Part shown: positions 1 through 10,044 of the stretch, piece by piece
Layout of the letters: every line of letters starts with the position of its first letter
Numbering within the stretch: the stretch's first letter is position 1
IMG/VR virus record: IMGVR_UViG_3300002131_000106
Direction: 5' to 3' (one strand)
From: an uncultured virus (IMG/VR IMGVR_UViG_3300002131_000106)
Lineage: Duplodnaviria; Heunggongvirae; Uroviricota; Caudoviricetes
Length of the DNA: 64,000 nucleotides
Position numbers and translations under genes: made by a program
Notes under the pieces: model-generated
What the model was told of the DNA's origin: nothing
Seen by the model: the letters and a program-made list of their open reading frames with translations, nothing else
The model's database searches: none

Positions 1-873
1 TCTTTTTCTGATATAGATTCTATATCTTGTTGGGGTGGTGAAGATAATGATCCTCCAAATTATGGAAAGGTTTATATTTCAATCAAGCCTCTTACCGCTG
101 AAACTTTAACATTAGCACAACAAACAGAAATAACAAGTGTTATACTCAAAGGTAAAAACGTGGTTTCTATTACTCCAGAAATAGTAGATCCTAATTATAC
201 CTACTTAGAGCTAGATATATTCTTTAAATATAATCCTAACCTAACAGATAGAAGTTCTGTAGAATTATCTTCGGTTGTTCGAGATACTATTAGCGATTAT
301 AATTTTAATGAATTGAATAAATTTGATGGTGTATTCAGACATTCACAATTACTTCGAGCAATCGATAACGCTGATCCTTCGATACAAAACTCGACGGTTC
401 GCCCTTATATGTTTATGAACATTACTCCTTTTTATAATAAAGACAATAACTTTTCTTTAAGCTTTACATCGCCGTTTTATCAATCCGGCCAGTCTACAAA
501 TAATCTAATATCTAGTTCTTCGTTTTTAATTAATAGTACCCCTCATTATTTTGGGGATACCCCTATTTCTGGATCTACTAATAGAAGGGTAATTGTTTAT
601 AAAATTGTTCAGGGTCAAAATGTTACTGTTATTAATGATGCAGGTTTAATAGAAGTTGACTTAGGTAAAATCACATTGAATAGATTTAGGCCTGATGATT
701 CTACTCCAATTAAGATAACCGTTATACCAAATTCACTCGATCTAGCTCCTAAGAGAAATCAGTTGATATCAATCGATACTCTTAGTGTTAATATTACGCC
801 ACAGATTGATACTATTGCATTATCAGGATCGTCCGGTACTGTTAATTATACTACCACTAGTAGACTGAGATAA
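1..873 (+). CDS. gp6: Baseplate wedge subunit gp6, C-terminal part (5' truncated)
   Basis: Frame 1 is open from base 1 (SFSDIDSISCWGGEDNDPPNYGKVYISIKP...). WGGEDNDPPxYGKVYISIKP is the gp6 motif. Lies upstream of gp7/gp8. The track start at 160 is internal. Confidence 0.9.
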   Translation, partial: SFSDIDSISCWGGEDNDPPNYGKVYISIKPLTAETLTLAQQTEITSVILKGKNVVSITPEIVDPNYTYLELDIFFKYNPNLTDRSSVELSSVVRDTISDYNFNELNKFDGVFRHSQLLRAIDNADPSIQNSTVRPYMFMNITPFYNKDNNFSLSFTSPFYQSGQSTNNLISSSSFLINSTPHYFGDTPISGSTNRRVIVYKIVQGQNVTVINDAGLIEVDLGKITLNRFRPDDSTPIKITVIPNSLDLAPKRNQLISIDTLSVNITPQIDTIALSGSSGTVNYTTTSRLR

Positions 874-877
874 TATA

Positions 878-3085
878 ATGTCCAATAATGATAATTCATT
901 GTTTTCTTCTGATATATCTTCCCCTGGGTATATACAGTCAGTCGCTTCTTCTAGGAAAAAGACTAAGGAAGACTTGCGTATTGATTCTTTAATACCAAGT
1001 GATATATTAGAAAACTCTAGCGGTATGGAAGCTTTGCTAAAAGCATATTATACAATGATGAACCTGGAAGAATTCATTTACCAAGAGAATGTCGATTTTA
1101 CTGATACCATACTAGATGGTAAAGCCGTATTTAGAATATCAGATCCAGAATCTAAAAATAATAAATTCTTTACTGATGAGTCTGGCGCAGACTCTAGTCT
1201 CGTTATTACAGATATTGACGGGACTCTGTTTAATGTTCCGTTAACCGATGTTAATGTTTCTATCACTAATGGTAATGAATTACCTGGTAGTCTTGCATTA
1301 AGTACCTCCGAAATTGGTAAGACATTTACTGTCCTAATTCCAAATATAACAAAAAAATCTGCTATACTATCAGCAATTGTTAATCAAAGCGGAGTTGTAA
1401 CAGGATTTGTTGGGGACTTAGGATATCGATATTCAAATGTCCCTACAATTACTATTGCTGCGCCTGAGTCAGGTGTACAAGCCACTGCTACTGCCAGCCT
1501 TTATACGATCATAAATCCAAATCCATATTTGGATACCTCTGGCTCTTTACAAATTTCAATAACAAATGGAGGAAGTGGTTATAGTGCGAAAACCCCACCT
1601 GAAGTTGTAGTTACTTTAAACCCTGACGCGGGCGATGTCATATTTAGCGCAAACAGTAGGTCTTCTAATTTAAATACTATAGTAAAATATTGGGCTGGTC
1701 CAGGACCTTCCTATGCATTAAATACAATTGAAGAAGCAATGGATATTGATTCTAATTCTTCTAATTATTTGGAGTTAATGCAAAAGGAAATAGCGTCAGT
1801 TATACCAAGAAGTCTTACTGCAAATAAAAGAAACCTTTATAAAAACATTATTGACTTTTATAAGGTTAGAGGATCAACAGATTCTATTGAGATATTCTTC
1901 AGGTTATTATTTAACGACTCTGTTGAGGTTGAATACCCATACGAATCAACATTGATACCATCATCTGGTAACTGGGAAGTAAACCCGTCTCTTCCTAAGG
2001 GTGGACAATACCTAGATAATAAAGGTTTCCTATCTTACAATATCAAGATTCAGGATTCTCTTAGATATCAAAAATTCTCTTATCTAATTAGAACTGGTAA
2101 AAACCTTAGTGCTTGGGAAAACGTTTTTGATAGATTGGTTCACCCGGCCGGTTTTATATACTTCGGTGAAATTCTTATTTTACTAGAACTAACAAAAGAT
2201 GTTATAACAGGGGTTAATATTGATGGTAGAAGTAAAGTTTATTCTGCAATGTCTGATATACAGCCCGGTGTTATAGGTTTAGAGGATTACATGTTACTGG
2301 TTGAGGCCTTTGCTTCTACCTTTTTGCCTACGACTTATGCAAAGATTCATAGATCAGCTCAGCTTTCTTTAACTCTTAATGCCTCTGGGGCTATTATTGA
2401 TGCAGAGGTTTCTGATGGGGGTTGGGGATATTCTAGTCCTCCTTCTATTACTATAGCGGGTCAGCCAGCTACTGGATTTTCAATTACTCCAGGAAGTTTG
2501 ACCGCGGTGTTGGACTCTAATGGGTCAATTGAATCCGTAACAATTAATAATGCAGGATTAAATTATCAATTCGCATTTGCATCACCCGCGGCCAATCCTT
2601 TAGCAGGAAAGCTTCAAGGAATAGAAGTTGTGGGTAGAGCAGATAAAAGATACAAAACAGCTCCTTCAATTGTATTTCCGGAGCCAACAGCTACTGACAG
2701 TGATGGGCTTTTATTGTCTTCTAATCAAATTGCTATAGCTAACTATACTCTCGACGCTGAAGGCGAAATCACAGGGGTAAATATAGTAAACGCTGGAAGC
2801 GGCTACATAAATGATCCTAGAATAAGGATTGCTAGTTCAGCTAATAATGAAATCAGAGCCAGAGACATTCATCCCAAGATTATATTATATTGTAACTATA
2901 TCGAAGGAATGGCTAGATCTATTGTTAATAATAACTATTACAATAATAAGACCCAGAACTTTTACACTAGTTCTAAACTTTACGACTTCAATCAAACTAT
3001 TGAGTATTTTGGGGATAGAGAAATCCAAAGCACCGATTTAGGTGATATAAATAAATATAACGTGAATAGCTTTATTCACACATAG
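878..3085 (+). CDS. gp7: Baseplate wedge subunit, gp7-like
   Basis: Contains KNIIDFYKVRGSTDSIEIFFRLLF, IQDSLRYQKFSY and VHPAGF motifs plus NGGSGY repeats. Lies between gp6 and gp8. Confidence 0.75.
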   Translation: MSNNDNSLFSSDISSPGYIQSVASSRKKTKEDLRIDSLIPSDILENSSGMEALLKAYYTMMNLEEFIYQENVDFTDTILDGKAVFRISDPESKNNKFFTDESGADSSLVITDIDGTLFNVPLTDVNVSITNGNELPGSLALSTSEIGKTFTVLIPNITKKSAILSAIVNQSGVVTGFVGDLGYRYSNVPTITIAAPESGVQATATASLYTIINPNPYLDTSGSLQISITNGGSGYSAKTPPEVVVTLNPDAGDVIFSANSRSSNLNTIVKYWAGPGPSYALNTIEEAMDIDSNSSNYLELMQKEIASVIPRSLTANKRNLYKNIIDFYKVRGSTDSIEIFFRLLFNDSVEVEYPYESTLIPSSGNWEVNPSLPKGGQYLDNKGFLSYNIKIQDSLRYQKFSYLIRTGKNLSAWENVFDRLVHPAGFIYFGEILILLELTKDVITGVNIDGRSKVYSAMSDIQPGVIGLEDYMLLVEAFASTFLPTTYAKIHRSAQLSLTLNASGAIIDAEVSDGGWGYSSPPSITIAGQPATGFSITPGSLTAVLDSNGSIESVTINNAGLNYQFAFASPAANPLAGKLQGIEVVGRADKRYKTAPSIVFPEPTATDSDGLLLSSNQIAIANYTLDAEGEITGVNIVNAGSGYINDPRIRIASSANNEIRARDIHPKIILYCNYIEGMARSIVNNNYYNNKTQNFYTSSKLYDFNQTIEYFGDREIQSTDLGDINKYNVNSFIHT
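3046..3053 (+). promoter_or_regulatory. T4-type late promoter TATAAATA (gp8)
   Basis: Exact consensus ~55 nt upstream of the gp8 start. gp55 is encoded in the window. Confidence 0.7.
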
Positions 3086-3107
3086 AATAAAATTAGGGAA
3101 CGACAAA

Positions 3108-4499
3108 ATGACAGCCATAGTAACAAACCAATTTAGAATTCTTAATGCTGAGAATTTCAAAGCAGACGTGGAAAATGCAGCAACAAGCGTATATGTTGGC
3201 ATTGGCAAATCTGACGTCTGGTCTTATACCACATCTGATACTACGGATACTACCCCGTTTGTACCGCATGACACAATCAATGATATTGGAGAAGCTCATC
3301 AAAATCTAATCGGGCTTAAATTGATTGGTTCAAGCGATATTTCACATGTTATACCAAGGTATACATGGACATCTAATAATAGCTATTATGCTTGGGACTC
3401 TAACGACGAGACCATTTATGATAAAGCTTTTTATGTAATTACTTCTGAGTTTAAGGTTTATAAGTGTATAAAAGCTGGTGGTAGCGTATCACTTATACAA
3501 CCAACCCAAACCCTTACTTCTCCTACAGAAGAGTCTGACGGTTATATCTGGAAGTATATGTACACACTTTCAGTAGCAGATGCAGAAAAATTCTTAACGA
3601 TATCATATCTCCCAATTAAAACTGTTGATCTGGACTATGCAAATGACGGTGCGGCCATTGCAGCTTTATCCGAGGCAAATTATGCTCAATATCTTAATCA
3701 AAAAGCATCAAGAGATTCTGCAACAGCAGCAGGTATTGAAAGAATCGTAGTTACAGCAGGTGGTACCGGATATACTACTAAGCCTACAGTAACTATTTCA
3801 GGCGATGGTACTGGAGCAGAGGTTGTAGATGCAAACGTTACTATTTCCGGCGGAGCAGTTACTGGTATTCTCCTTAATGCTAAAGGAACAAATTATACAA
3901 TCGCAGATATTACTATTACAGGCGGTGGCGGATCAGATGCCGCAGCAAGAGCCGTTATTTCTCCAGTAAATGGTCATGGAGTAGATCCTGTAACGGAATT
4001 AGGAGCATTCTTTGTTGGGGTAAATACTCAGTTAGATGGGAATGAGCTTGGTGACCTTACTGTTGGAAATGATTTTAGACAAGTTACTTTAATTAAAAAT
4101 CCATATAACTATAATACTACTACTATTTCTACTGCAACAACATTGAAGGCTCTTCAGTACTTGAATTTTACAGCTGGTGTTACAGTATCAGATTACCAGG
4201 TTGATGAATTGATTGTTGGTTCAGCCTCAGGAGCTCAAGGTTTTGTAACTGAGATAGATACTGGTACAGGTTATATATATTTTCACCAAAATAGTAAAAC
4301 TGGATATAAGAGCTTCTCATCAGGAGAAACAGTGGTAGGCCAAACTACTAGTACTTCAGGTAGTCTAGAAGTTAGCGGATTTCTAGGCAACCCAGAAATG
4401 CAAAAAGGAAGTGGGTCAGTTCTATTTTTAGAAAATAGAGATCCCATCAACCGTACTACTACACAAATTGAAGATATTAAAATCATAATTGAATTCTAA
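3108..4499 (+). CDS. gp8: Baseplate wedge subunit gp8
   Basis: MTAIVTNQFRILNA start, FKVYKC, DGYIWKYMY, NDFRQV and C-terminal ENRDPINR...EDIKIIIEF. Confidence 0.9.
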   Translation: MTAIVTNQFRILNAENFKADVENAATSVYVGIGKSDVWSYTTSDTTDTTPFVPHDTINDIGEAHQNLIGLKLIGSSDISHVIPRYTWTSNNSYYAWDSNDETIYDKAFYVITSEFKVYKCIKAGGSVSLIQPTQTLTSPTEESDGYIWKYMYTLSVADAEKFLTISYLPIKTVDLDYANDGAAIAALSEANYAQYLNQKASRDSATAAGIERIVVTAGGTGYTTKPTVTISGDGTGAEVVDANVTISGGAVTGILLNAKGTNYTIADITITGGGGSDAAARAVISPVNGHGVDPVTELGAFFVGVNTQLDGNELGDLTVGNDFRQVTLIKNPYNYNTTTISTATTLKALQYLNFTAGVTVSDYQVDELIVGSASGAQGFVTEIDTGTGYIYFHQNSKTGYKSFSSGETVVGQTTSTSGSLEVSGFLGNPEMQKGSGSVLFLENRDPINRTTTQIEDIKIIIEF

Positions 4500-4513
4500 T
4501 AAAGAGAGAAGGT

Positions 4514-7500
4514 ATGAGCACTACAAGAATCAGGACATTTAGCCAAAGCCCGTACTGGGACGATTTTGATGAAACTAAAAACTATCATCGGATCTTGTTC
4601 CGACCTGGATATGCTGTTCAAGCTAGAGAGCTTACTCAAATGCAAACAGCATTGCAAGCTCAAATTGATAGGCATGGACAATATGCCTTTAAAGACGGAT
4701 CTCGTGTAGTTAACGGTGAGGTTTCTCTGGATATTGGATATGAATATATTAAATTAGAGTCTTCCTTTCAAAGTGATTCTGTAGACTATAATGCAGATAA
4801 TTATCTGTCAGAATTTGTAGGAACAACTGTTACTGGTACTAGTAATTCTGGCAATCAGGTGAGTGCTATTGTTATTGGATATTCAGAATATACCGATGCG
4901 AATAATCCCAATACTATTTACGTTAAATATCAAGGAAGCGGCGGGACTGATAAATCAGTAGAAAGATTTGCTGCGGGCGAAGTTATAGTAACTGACGGAG
5001 AGCCAATCAGATATGGTATGGTCGGTGGCGGCATTAATGTTGATGGCGCTAATACTGCTTCTGCTATTAATACCCCAATTGGGGTAGGCTCAGCAATTCA
5101 TGTTAGAGAAGGTGTATACTTTATCTCAGGATGTTTCGTATATGTCCCAGCAGAAACCCTAATTTTAGACAAGTATACAAACACTCCTTCTTATATTGTT
5201 GGATTTAAAGTTGTAGATGATGTTGTAATAGATTCAGGGACAGATGTCAGTCTAGTTGATAACGCTCAGGGGGTTCCTAATACTTCTGCACCAGGCGCTA
5301 ACCGATACCAAATTTCAACAACATTAATCAAAGAAAATATTTCATTAGCATCCAGAACCGTAGATAGCTATATTCCTTTATTGACTGTAACTAATGGAAT
5401 CACAGTAGTTGATACAACTGAGGACTTTGATGACACTGAGCTTACTGCTAGATTTGCTAGAAGAACTAAAGAAGAGTCTGGGGATTATTCCTTAAATCCA
5501 TATGAAATAGAAATTACAGAGCATTTAAATGATACCACCAACTTTGGTAAATACCTTGTAAGCGAAGGTGGCGATGCTGATAAACTTTCATTGGCTATTG
5601 AGCCTGGTGTATCTTATGTTCAGGGATTTAGAAATGAAAATGTCGGCACAAAATATATTAGCATTAATAAGCCTAGAGGACTAGACGCTACTGCTTATGC
5701 TAATAGTGTTACTACTCAAATTAGAGTAGGAAATTACGTTAAGCTTAGTAAAACTGGATTAAAAGGTGCACCCGATCTATCAACCTTTACTACTCTGCAA
5801 TTAAGAAATTCGAGCAGCGCGCAGATAGGCACAGCCCGCGCACGAGGAATTGAAACTTATTCCGATCATGTCAGGTTATACCTATTTGATATTACAATGA
5901 ATGCACAAGAGACTTTTAATAGTGTTGCTAAGGTTTATCAAGCAGGATCACCCCAAGCGTTTGTAGGAGATCTTTCAGTAGTCGGGAGCAGATTTGATAC
6001 TGGCCAAAATGGCGTAGTATTTAAGCTTCCCTATAATGCTATTAAAACATTAACTAACCCTGTGCTAGATAACATTTATAAAGTTAGACAGACCTTTAAT
6101 ACCTCTACCTCAGCGGGGACATTCTCTATCTCCATAGGAGCTGGTCAAGGTACTTTTTCAGATGTTACTGATATTATTATCTCAGCTGGCACTGCGGATT
6201 CTATAACTACTGGAATCACTGGTAATATTACTAGTGGAGGCAACGGATCTACATCATTAGTATTTAATTCCTCTGCTTTAGGAATAGCTGATGGCACTAC
6301 AGTAAAAGTTATTGCAACGGTACAAAAGACATTACAACAAAAAGCAAAAACTAGACAATCAAATGTAACAGTAAATATTAACGTTACAGATGGTAATGCC
6401 CTATCATACGATCTTGATAAATCAGATATTATTAGAATTGTTGATATTAGAGATTCTAATAATGATAGTGTTAAAGATAGATTTACTCTTGATAATGGAC
6501 AAAGAGATAACTTTTATGATGAAGGTAAAATAGTAAAAATTGGCGGAAGCTCTGCTGTAAGAACCGGAACTATGGTAGTTACACTAGATCATTACAGCCA
6601 TGGCGCAGGTGATTATTTTACGGTTGATTCATATCCTACTTCGGATTATTCTACAATAGGATCTTTTGCCAGCGTCCAAGGTTCTTTAGAACTACGAGAT
6701 TGCATAGACTTTAGGCCGGTTAAAGCTTCATCTGGCTCTATTACGCTTGGATCAGAATTTAGTTCAGGTGTAGGTTCTTCTTTATCAGCTCCTCCTAAAC
6801 CAGGACATGCGCTTTTAACTGATGTTACATACTATCTTCCAAGAATAGATAAGCTTTACCTTACGCGAGATGGTGAATTTGGTATATCAGAAGGAGTACC
6901 TAGTGATAGACCTAGTGCTCCAGAAGATAGACAAGACTCTATGACATTATATCGATTAGAGCTACCACCATATGTATTTAGTCCTTCTGACGTAAAGCCT
7001 ATAATTATTGACAATAAACGATATACAATGAGAGACATTGGTAATATTGATAAGCGGGTTAAAAACCTAGAATATTATACATCTCTTTCTTTATTGGAGC
7101 AAAGTGCTGCAGACACTCATATGGTTGATGGGTCTGGTTTTAGTAGATTCAAAAATGGATTCTTGGTAGATTCTTTTAAAGGTCATAACGTTGGAGATGT
7201 TGTTAGCACGGATTATAAATGTTCTATCGATAAAAGGAAGGGAATACTTCGACCTAAATTCGATGAAAGAAACGTTAATTTAGTTAGACAGGCTGGTGAT
7301 TCAGGATCTGCAGTTAAGAATGATTCTGTTGTCACAATGCCGTTTACCGAAACTAATCATATTAATCAGCCTTACTCAAGCTTCTTTATTAATGTTAACC
7401 CATATAATATATTTTCATGGGGCGGCAGTGTTAAATTATCTCCTGATTCAGATGAATGGAAAGAGGTTGATGTTCGCCCTAATGTTACTATTGATGATGA

Positions 7501-9790
7501 TGGTATGTATGATCAGATGATAGCTTCAGCAGAGGAAGAAGGAATACTGGGTACAGTCTGGAGCGAGTGGGAAACTAACTGGACAGGAGTATCTCAATCT
7601 TCTACAGCAGGAGAATGGGTTCGCAACCGTTTTTCAGAAGACATATGGGGAATAGGAGCTAACTCATTCCAGACCAGAGCAAGCCGAACGGTGACCACTA
7701 CCACTACTACTACGGGAACACAATCTCGTACTGGATTAGTAACCGACGTTGTCACAGATACAGTAAAGAAAAATATGGGCTCTAAAGTTGTTGAAGTTAA
7801 CTTTGTTCCCTTTATGAGATCTAGAAAAATATACTTTAGAGCAGAGCTACTTAAGCCTAATACAAAGCTTTACGCTTTCTTTAACGATATTAATGTTACA
7901 TCATATTGCAATCAAGAGTCATTCCAGATTTGGTCTGATACTAGTAATATTACAGAGTATCCTGATGTTACAAGTCACCCATCGGGTGGCGGTACTTTAG
8001 TAACAGACTCTTTCGGAGAAATAAGTGGGTCCTTTATTATACCCAGGAATTCTTCTATTAAGTTTAAAACTGGTATTAAAGAATTTAAGTTAACAGACTC
8101 ATCGACAAACAATACCAGCTTAGAAGTTACATATGCATCTACTCAATTTATTGCTGCCGGTATTATAGAATCAGTTCAATCAACAATAATCTCAACAAAA
8201 GTAGCTAAATTTGTTACTTCTGAAGTTTCTGAATCTAACAATATTTCAGAGACCAGCACTCGCACGACCACAGAATGGGAAGACCCTTTAGCTGAGACTA
8301 TTCTTATTACTACTCCCGGCGGTATATTTGCTACCTCGTGTGATATATTCTTTAAATCAAAAGCTGTTAAAACTAATATACCAGTTAGTATTTCTATCAG
8401 AACAGTAGAAAACGGAACACCAACTCAAAAATTAGTTCCTGGTACTGAAGTGAATTTAAAGCCATCCTCAGTTAATACTTCTGCCGATGCTAGTACTTCA
8501 ACTAGGTTTACTTTTGAGTATCCTGTGTATCTTCAACAAGACCAAGAATACGCTATTGTTATTAAATCTAATTGTGATGAATACGAAGTGTATGTTGCTG
8601 AGATGGGTGGATATGATTTAACTAATGCTAGTTATAGAATTACTAAGCAACCATTTGGAGGATCATTTTTTACTTCTCAAAATGCATCAACATGGACACC
8701 TGAGCAATCTAAAGATCTTAAGTTTAACCTGAATAGAGCCCAGTTTACTACTGCATCTCCATCAGAGATTACTTTAGTTAATGATGTTCTTCCTCTTAAG
8801 AAATTAATAAATAACCCACTCTCTACTGTAAACGGAAGTGCAAATATTAGAGTAGCTCATAAAAACCACGGTATGCACCTTAATGGATCAAAGGTTACTA
8901 TATCAGGCGCAGTAACTACAAATGGAATTACTGCTGCGCAAATAAATGGTACACATGATATATCTTCGATTGAGCATGATTCATATGTTATATCAACTGC
9001 AGGAACTGCTACTTCAACCGGTACAGGAGGAAGCTCAGTAATATATGCTACTAATAATAGGCATTATGATACTCTTTATGCGATTCTTTCTAATTTGCAA
9101 GTACCCGGTACTTCAATTAGATTTTATGCCACAACTTATAGTCAACAATCAATTGACGGATCAGAAGCGGCTTATCAGGTTCAGAATGAATTTGAGATCT
9201 TACCTAATGCTACTGTAGAATTTGGATCACCTAAAGTTATTGGATCGGCCGCAGTAGAAGCTGGAAATATTGGTGGTGCTAAATCGATTAAAATTAGAGC
9301 TGTTCTAACTTCGACCTCAGATAAATTATCTCCTGTTATTGATATGGATAGATTATCTTTAATTACTATTCAAAATATTATAGGTGATGCCGGAAACAAC
9401 AATGCTTCTTATTCTAATTATGTTGCGGAAACATCATCCACCGGAGGATCTGAGCTTGCCAAGTATATTACGAGAAGGGTAGATCTATCGGAAGAAGCTG
9501 ATGTGATTGATGTATATATTGCTGCTAATAGACCAAGTGGATCTAATATTGATCTCTATTATAAAACAGTAGGCGGTGGATCTGATACCGATTTTAATTC
9601 GGTCGATTGGATACTTGCACCATCAACCGAGGCAATCGTAATTAATGATGGGGGAAGTTTTGAAGAGGTTAAATACTCTATAGATCCACCAGGAAGCTTT
9701 GGTTCTATGGCGTTTAAAATTGTTTTAAGATCTATAAATAGTTCTGCAGTACCTACTGTAAGAGATTTTAGAGCTATAGCAGCTACATAA
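4514..9790 (+). CDS. Large virion structural protein (DUF4815/VrlC-like)
   Basis: N-terminal PYWDDFDETKNYHRILFRPGYAVQARELTQMQ, then APGANRY, RYTMRDIG and FTSQNASTW, ending VRDFRAIA. This family follows gp8 in aquatic T4-like phages. Confidence 0.8.
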   Translation: MSTTRIRTFSQSPYWDDFDETKNYHRILFRPGYAVQARELTQMQTALQAQIDRHGQYAFKDGSRVVNGEVSLDIGYEYIKLESSFQSDSVDYNADNYLSEFVGTTVTGTSNSGNQVSAIVIGYSEYTDANNPNTIYVKYQGSGGTDKSVERFAAGEVIVTDGEPIRYGMVGGGINVDGANTASAINTPIGVGSAIHVREGVYFISGCFVYVPAETLILDKYTNTPSYIVGFKVVDDVVIDSGTDVSLVDNAQGVPNTSAPGANRYQISTTLIKENISLASRTVDSYIPLLTVTNGITVVDTTEDFDDTELTARFARRTKEESGDYSLNPYEIEITEHLNDTTNFGKYLVSEGGDADKLSLAIEPGVSYVQGFRNENVGTKYISINKPRGLDATAYANSVTTQIRVGNYVKLSKTGLKGAPDLSTFTTLQLRNSSSAQIGTARARGIETYSDHVRLYLFDITMNAQETFNSVAKVYQAGSPQAFVGDLSVVGSRFDTGQNGVVFKLPYNAIKTLTNPVLDNIYKVRQTFNTSTSAGTFSISIGAGQGTFSDVTDIIISAGTADSITTGITGNITSGGNGSTSLVFNSSALGIADGTTVKVIATVQKTLQQKAKTRQSNVTVNINVTDGNALSYDLDKSDIIRIVDIRDSNNDSVKDRFTLDNGQRDNFYDEGKIVKIGGSSAVRTGTMVVTLDHYSHGAGDYFTVDSYPTSDYSTIGSFASVQGSLELRDCIDFRPVKASSGSITLGSEFSSGVGSSLSAPPKPGHALLTDVTYYLPRIDKLYLTRDGEFGISEGVPSDRPSAPEDRQDSMTLYRLELPPYVFSPSDVKPIIIDNKRYTMRDIGNIDKRVKNLEYYTSLSLLEQSAADTHMVDGSGFSRFKNGFLVDSFKGHNVGDVVSTDYKCSIDKRKGILRPKFDERNVNLVRQAGDSGSAVKNDSVVTMPFTETNHINQPYSSFFINVNPYNIFSWGGSVKLSPDSDEWKEVDVRPNVTIDDDGMYDQMIASAEEEGILGTVWSEWETNWTGVSQSSTAGEWVRNRFSEDIWGIGANSFQTRASRTVTTTTTTTGTQSRTGLVTDVVTDTVKKNMGSKVVEVNFVPFMRSRKIYFRAELLKPNTKLYAFFNDINVTSYCNQESFQIWSDTSNITEYPDVTSHPSGGGTLVTDSFGEISGSFIIPRNSSIKFKTGIKEFKLTDSSTNNTSLEVTYASTQFIAAGIIESVQSTIISTKVAKFVTSEVSESNNISETSTRTTTEWEDPLAETILITTPGGIFATSCDIFFKSKAVKTNIPVSISIRTVENGTPTQKLVPGTEVNLKPSSVNTSADASTSTRFTFEYPVYLQQDQEYAIVIKSNCDEYEVYVAEMGGYDLTNASYRITKQPFGGSFFTSQNASTWTPEQSKDLKFNLNRAQFTTASPSEITLVNDVLPLKKLINNPLSTVNGSANIRVAHKNHGMHLNGSKVTISGAVTTNGITAAQINGTHDISSIEHDSYVISTAGTATSTGTGGSSVIYATNNRHYDTLYAILSNLQVPGTSIRFYATTYSQQSIDGSEAAYQVQNEFEILPNATVEFGSPKVIGSAAVEAGNIGGAKSIKIRAVLTSTSDKLSPVIDMDRLSLITIQNIIGDAGNNNASYSNYVAETSSTGGSELAKYITRRVDLSEEADVIDVYIAANRPSGSNIDLYYKTVGGGSDTDFNSVDWILAPSTEAIVINDGGSFEEVKYSIDPPGSFGSMAFKIVLRSINSSAVPTVRDFRAIAAT
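9733..9740 (+). promoter_or_regulatory. Late promoter TATAAATA
   Basis: Exact consensus 65 nt upstream of ORF 9805. Confidence 0.6.
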
Positions 9791-9804
9791 TAGAGGATAG
9801 TATT

Positions 9805-10044
9805 TTGGCCAGAAAGAAAAAAGAAGAAATTGCGATAGTTGAGGACAATCCTGGCCTTATTAGGGATACCACCTCTAACGCTATTATAAATACTAATAAC
9901 GATGCGTTCTCTCAAAGAAGGGCCCAGTTAGCTTACATAAAGTTAAAGGGTGAAGTCGATGAGCAACAAAGATCAGATATTGATGCACTGAAAAAAGATG
10001 TGCAAGATATTAAAAACCTTTTAAAAGAATTAGTGAGTAAATAA
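9805..10044 (+). CDS. Small conserved coiled-coil protein (TTG start)
   Basis: GAGGA SD and TTG start. GLIRDxxSNAIINTN motif and C-terminal heptads. The stop overlaps the next ATG (TAATG). Confidence 0.75.
   Translation: MARKKKEEIAIVEDNPGLIRDTTSNAIINTNNDAFSQRRAQLAYIKLKGEVDEQQRSDIDALKKDVQDIKNLLKELVSK
9885..9892 (+). promoter_or_regulatory. Late promoter TATAAATA
   Basis: Exact consensus inside ORF 9805, upstream of the 1825-aa fibre gene. Confidence 0.6.
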